Of a stretch of DNA of 64,000 nucleotides, positions 62,704-64,000 are shown piece after piece. Both the position numbers and the translations under genes were made by a program. The notes beneath the pieces were generated by a model, which made no database searches, was not told the origin of the DNA, and saw only the letters and a list, made by a program, of their open reading frames with translations. This DNA comes from Nitrospinales bacterium (GTDB lineage: Bacteria > Nitrospinota > Nitrospinia > Nitrospinales > VA-1), in assembly GCA_965223345.1 (NCBI GenBank), contig CBDCWG010000007.1, positions 224,001-288,000 of the forward strand, read 5' to 3'. The first letter of the stretch is position 1, and every line of letters starts with the position of its first letter.

Positions 62704-63969
62704 TCATTGGGTTTGAGGCCGGCTCACCGGGGTCAACCGGGACCGCACCCAGGCAAATCCATATTGGTCGTTGATGAACGTGATCGTTCCGTTTTTCTCC
62801 AGCTTGGGGAGCTTGTGGCCGTTTTCCTGCAGGAAGGAAACGCGCACGGCCTGCGTGTCTTTCTGGCGCGAATCGAAGGTGTAAAAATGCACGCGGTCGG
62901 GCAGGTTGTCCCAGTAGCGCGTGTCCGCGCGGGTGCGGGTGCGGTTGGCCACCGCCTGCTGTCCCAGACCCACCAGACCGACGATGCCGGCGACGATGGC
63001 GACGGCTCCGGCGTCGTCGCCGAACCGCGGCGCCATCGCCAGTGCGTTCAGCGAAACGTCGGTGAGCGCGCGGCCCATGGTCTCGTTGGTCTCCTTGAAT
63101 TTGGCTTTGCCTTCTAAAATGCGGTCCACTTCGCGGCCGCCGCGCGTGCTGGCCTGCCAGTAGATGTCCTCCATCGGATAGCCGTTGAACACCGATCCGC
63201 CGATTTCAAACTGCGCTTTGTCGTCGGTGTGCAGGAACCCGCGCTGAAACACCAGCTCGGATCGGCTGCGGCCGACGGCGACCTTGCGCGGCGAGCTGCC
63301 GGTCTCGGCGATCAAGAGCACGTTGTGGTTGGGCTCCGGCGGGTTGAAATCCGGCCTGAGCTGTTTGACCTCGCGGAACGCTTCTTCGGCCAGGCCCTTG
63401 TCGCCCAACATTTTGGAGGCCCAGCCTTCCAGAAACACCAGCATGGCAAAATCGGCGCGGTAGATTTCCTCTTCCGCCATCGCGTCCTGCAACAGGCCGC
63501 CCTTGAATGAAGCGCGGGCGTTCTCGAAGTCGCCGCGGCGCATGTACAGCAGGCCGCGGTAGTAGTAGGCCATCGCCCGCTCGTAGGGCTCGCCCTTGAA
63601 CACCTTGCGTCCTTCCTCGTGCCAGAGGCTGCGCGCCTTGGCCGCTTCGGCGTCGTTGGCGTACACCGCCTCGATGTTGAGCAGCGCGATGTCGAAGGAA
63701 TCCTCGGCGAGCTTCCAGTGCCCCAGCTCCATGGCCGCAAGGCCGATGCGCATGTGGTTCAGCACCAGGTTGCGCCGCCCTTCCATGAGGACGCGGCGGT
63801 ACATCGGATGCAGCTCTTCCGGCTTGTCGGCCAGGTAGGCCCGCATCTCGGGCTCGGGAACCTGGATGATCTTGTAGTCCGGCCCGGCGGCGCAGGCGGA
63901 AAACAGGATCCACAGCCCCAGCCACAGCAGTCTGGTGCGCATCGAACGGATCAAGGAGAACCTCGGCAT
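62704..63969 (-). CDS. TPR-containing lipoprotein (COG3014-like)
   Basis: FSAC lipobox, F.GEPYE..M..YY, AD.R.W..LP. Confidence 0.72.
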   Translation of the reverse strand: MPRFSLIRSMRTRLLWLGLWILFSACAAGPDYKIIQVPEPEMRAYLADKPEELHPMYRRVLMEGRRNLVLNHMRIGLAAMELGHWKLAEDSFDIALLNIEAVYANDAEAAKARSLWHEEGRKVFKGEPYERAMAYYYRGLLYMRRGDFENARASFKGGLLQDAMAEEEIYRADFAMLVFLEGWASKMLGDKGLAEEAFREVKQLRPDFNPPEPNHNVLLIAETGSSPRKVAVGRSRSELVFQRGFLHTDDKAQFEIGGSVFNGYPMEDIYWQASTRGGREVDRILEGKAKFKETNETMGRALTDVSLNALAMAPRFGDDAGAVAIVAGIVGLVGLGQQAVANRTRTRADTRYWDNLPDRVHFYTFDSRQKDTQAVRVSFLQENGHKLPKLEKNGTITFINDQYGFAWVRSRLTPVSRPQTQ

Positions 63970-64000
63970 TGTGATACGGCGTTCAAAAAATCAGTTCAAC

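Overview
High-GC bacterial chromosome segment with several lower-GC insertions. The gene content suggests a chemolithotrophic nitrite oxidiser, most plausibly Nitrospinota or a relative; this is inference from a CydA-like 'bd-like' oxidase subunit with partner cytochromes c and an SdhAB with a CCG-domain anchor. The housekeeping backbone includes hisD, LPS GT9 transferases, gcvPB, sdhAB, a DEAD-box helicase, ligA, two HtrA proteases, an hda-like gene and TatT/DctP. Three things stand out. (1) A 12-kb minus-strand cluster (44569-56444) encodes two pentaheme paralogues (one frameshifted), a beta-barrel, a tetraheme, a membrane-anchored decaheme, a 2Fe-2S/FNR/2x cNMP/4x[4Fe-4S] fusion and a di-heme-b-like membrane protein. 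Together these are a candidate cNMP-gated trans-envelope electron conduit. (2) Two low-GC small-gene islands (11.4-14.1 kb and 59.3-60.5 kb) are punctuated by a shared 28-bp 11-6-11 imperfect palindrome (ATGTCCGCTTT-GGGTCG-AAAGCGGACAN) that looks like a recombination site; the first carries immunity-type genes. (3) Cargo segments (nrfHA with a CxxCH-type NrfA; a P460-fold cytochrome) are bracketed by diverged duplicates of neighbouring genes' 3' ends. No rRNA, tRNA, CRISPR array, integrase or transposase was recognised. All family calls come from motif recognition by eye, not from database searches.
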